This document shows positions 61,241 to 64,000 of a stretch of 64,000 nucleotides of DNA, piece after piece. The DNA comes from Massalongia carnosa (Eukaryota), in the NCBI GenBank assembly GCA_965645245.1, contig OZ287069.1, positions 744,001 to 808,000 on the forward strand, written 5' to 3'. Made by a program: the position numbers and the translations under genes. The notes under the pieces are model-generated. The model saw only the letters and a program-made list of their open reading frames with translations, was not told the DNA's origin and made no database searches. The number at the start of each line of letters is the position of its first letter. Positions within the stretch are counted from its first letter, which is position 1.

Positions 61241-62970
61241 GAGCTAACCCGTGCAAGGTCGCCCGAATTCGCCGATTAAGATGTTCAAATTCATCATCCA
61301 TAGCCATGATCAGGGTTTAAGCGACTAGCCGCACCAACACAGAACTTACGAAGTATCTTGCACTTGGTTTAAGGTTGCCATTCAGAAACCCAATGGAGAA
61401 TCAGTGGGTCTTGGTCGAGAGAGTAAACAGTTAATTGCAAGCGTCCAAGCTAGCCTCCGAATACAAGAGCATTGCATTGTGTACGGACGGCGGCCCTCAA
61501 ACGGCCATCTAAGTGGATCGATTAGATCGAACCTGGCGATAGGGTTGGTGTCGCCGCCAAAGCTGTATATTGTGATTGGATCAACTATGTGGAGGGCGCC
61601 GCGGTTGAGATAATGACAACATACCTATGAGATTGATTCTGGCTTCTCGTGTAGAGCAACCAAGGAACATGCTTGGGTTTTGTTATCCTTGTACGTCCTG
61701 GTAACAGGAGCCCTTTCCTGCTGCTATGGCGGTTTGACTGAACCATTGAGATGCCATTTTCTGAGATCGAACCCCACTCGGATGTGCAAAACGAGCTTGT
61801 GATGATCTTTTCGAGAATTGAGGCATGCTGTGTAAAGCAACAAGAAGATGAAGGGCGAAAGCAGGGAGATAAGAACGCTTTGACGAGTGCCTTTGAGCAT
61901 TCAAGCTTTCTAGTGTACGGCGATGAACTCATGGCTTTGGTAACCGCATTGACTTCCAACAGCTTGAACAATTCAAGCAAATCCACAATGTATTGCCATG
62001 GCGTGATGTTGACAAATGGTATGATCCGAAACATAGGCATTGCTTGTTTCACTCCTATCTGCCGGCTAGTTAAGAATTTGACTTGAGCCAGCTGTGTTGA
62101 AGCAGCTCTTTCGCTGATCGGCGCTCCTTCTAGAACCTATCGCAACATCGACTTGATGAAATCAATAAACCGAGGTAGCTCCATCCCTTTCCTTCATAAT
62201 CCCTAAATCGAGATCCTTTCAGCGGACGAAGACCCTCGACGCTCCCTATACTCTATACCACATACATCAGAAACCTATCAGGAAAGAACTTTCATGTGGG
62301 GGCTTTCGTACCGTCAGCATTGAAATTATTTTCACCAATTCTAGAGCGCTGAATGAGCTGAAATTGAGTCTGATGTATCATCTCTTGTAGATGCTCTTTG
62401 GCAGCCGCAGGACGTATCCTCTGCTCAGCAAACCGAGTAGGGCAGGATTACCCGACCCTACCCATGCTTTCAACTTTTACCGATGTTTCTATTATGGACT
62501 AGCGGGATATAAGCAAAGGCATGTACATGCAAATCAACGGCCACCATCACACTTAGACTGGAAAGTGACCAATCAACGTGCTGAAGATAGAGTAAGAATT
62601 ATCGTAGCGGCACAAGGTAGCGAACTACAAGTGCTACATGTATGTGCTTATTTCTCCCATACAGCCATACAGATGGCCGTCCACGCTTCTTCATCTGCAT
62701 CTTCGCGGGCGGTTAGGCACACTGCACCTATAGGCGCTCGTTCCATGCCTCAAGAAAAAGCACTCTGCGTCGAGGCCTAGAACATTTTGTCGCCCCCAAC
62801 GGAATCGCAAAGTCTGCTGTGCCTCATTGCGAACGACCTCCTCTCTTTGCTTATTGCCAGCTGACTAGTATCTCGAGTACGACTTCGACGACCCACGACA
62901 TCCCTGGAAGATCTGGATAACGGGTATCGTGCGATAGCAAGCAGAAAAGAGCAGCCTCCAACTATTCAAA

Positions 62971-64000
62971 ATGAAGGTGCCCTCCTTCCTCCGAGCCATC
63001 CCACGGAAGTGGCGGACCCCAAAAATAATCATAGCCTTGTTCGTGCTGGAGCTCTTCCTCACCGTCCCCGCTCTCGCGCTCTATGGGATTGCATCGCCGG
63101 ATTTGTATCGCACCAGTTTGTGGCAGGAAGGGTCGGACCATGGGTGGAACAGCAATCCAAACGAGATCCTTTACGCATATGCCAACCACAGGCCCATCCA
63201 CTACCCTCTACCATGGAGCAATTTGTAAAACCTTTCAAATTCCTCGACTAGCCCCGTACTTTCGAATGATAGGGCTGATATATGTTGAACAGCGTCACGT
63301 ACTACAATGTCATTATTGCCGTGCTCTCCGTCTTCCTCCTCTTGACCAAAGGAATCATGTTCATCACCCACGTCTTTGATCCAATCGTGTCTGCAATCAT
63401 TCATTCCGCCCTCATCGCTATCTTCGCCGTCAGCCTCCACGCCCAGGCAGCATCTGATATGAGTGATCCCAAGCATCCTCAGCCCGGAGCGCCATGGTAC
63501 ATCACCAAATCATGCGGAGCCCCGGTCAACCCGGCTCTTAAAGGCTACTGCCAGCAAGCGAAAGGAGTATTCGCAATAACGATTTTGCTCATGTAAGTTT
63601 TTCCAACTCAACGTTTCATTCCCCAAACTTGCCTATAATAGGCTAACCTACCCGTCTAAAGCATACTCTTTTTCACCTACCTTGTCCTCTCCCTTATCTC
63701 CCTCTACCCAACCAAATCCCACCGCGCTTCCCACACTTCTCACAGTACAGATCCTGAGTCCCTCCAACTCGCGCGGCCCTGGGAAACAGAGGACGCAGAT
63801 ACTTTAGAAGGCGGCGGTGGTGCGCTGAAAAGTCCCGCCACCCCGCGTACCATGGCCTTCAACACCCTCTCCAGAAACGGAAAGAACAAAAATAAGAAGA
63901 TCAATAATGGGAAGGCACCGGTGAGGCAGCCACAGCCGGGCAGCAGCCCGTTACCCTTGCGACATCATATCAGCATGGGAGACGAAACGTATAACGGACC
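62971..64000 (+). CDS. Four-TM MARVEL-like membrane protein (partial, runs off the right edge)
   Basis: Three exons; ALALYGIASPDLYRTSLWQEG..GWNSNP, QAASDMSDPKHPQPGAPWYITKSC, SPATPRTMAFNTL; no stop before the window end. Confidence 0.8.

Noticed and set aside
1..64000. tRNA, rRNA, TPP riboswitch or telomeric repeats
   Set aside because: No convincing signature seen by eye; tRNAscan-SE and Infernal would be needed to exclude them.

Overview
Gene-dense filamentous ascomycete (Pezizomycotina) genomic DNA with short GT-AG introns; finer taxonomy cannot be established from this window. Housekeeping genes: N-terminus of a Pom1/DYRK-like kinase, a Bug1/GM130-like golgin, BUD32, the glutamate-cysteine ligase modifier subunit, AP-1 sigma, MAF1, an endonuclease III homologue, a PP2C, MRPL36 and others. 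Also present: a PpoC-clade dioxygenase-P450 fusion, DUF2235 and DUF1996-WSC genes, and decayed gene relics. Three mobile elements: an intact pogo/Fot1 DNA transposon (39909-41850), a 290-bp MITE (41937-42226) and a ~4.3-kb tyrosine-recombinase (DIRS/Ngaro-type) retrotransposon (~20693-24995). The retrotransposon is the most interesting object. Gag and RT are in one frame separated by a single UAG followed by an ~18-bp stem (readthrough signature). The recombinase ORF has no upstream ATG but has a branch point/acceptor in phase with a donor inside gag (predicted spliced Gag-N/YR fusion). No long terminal repeats are visible; instead the 3' end folds into a ~230-nt multibranched structure. The element sits ~85 bp upstream of an SREBP (srbA-like) gene that carries two frameshifts and an in-frame UAG. 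Gene names come from recalled family motifs, not database searches; exon boundaries were read by eye.
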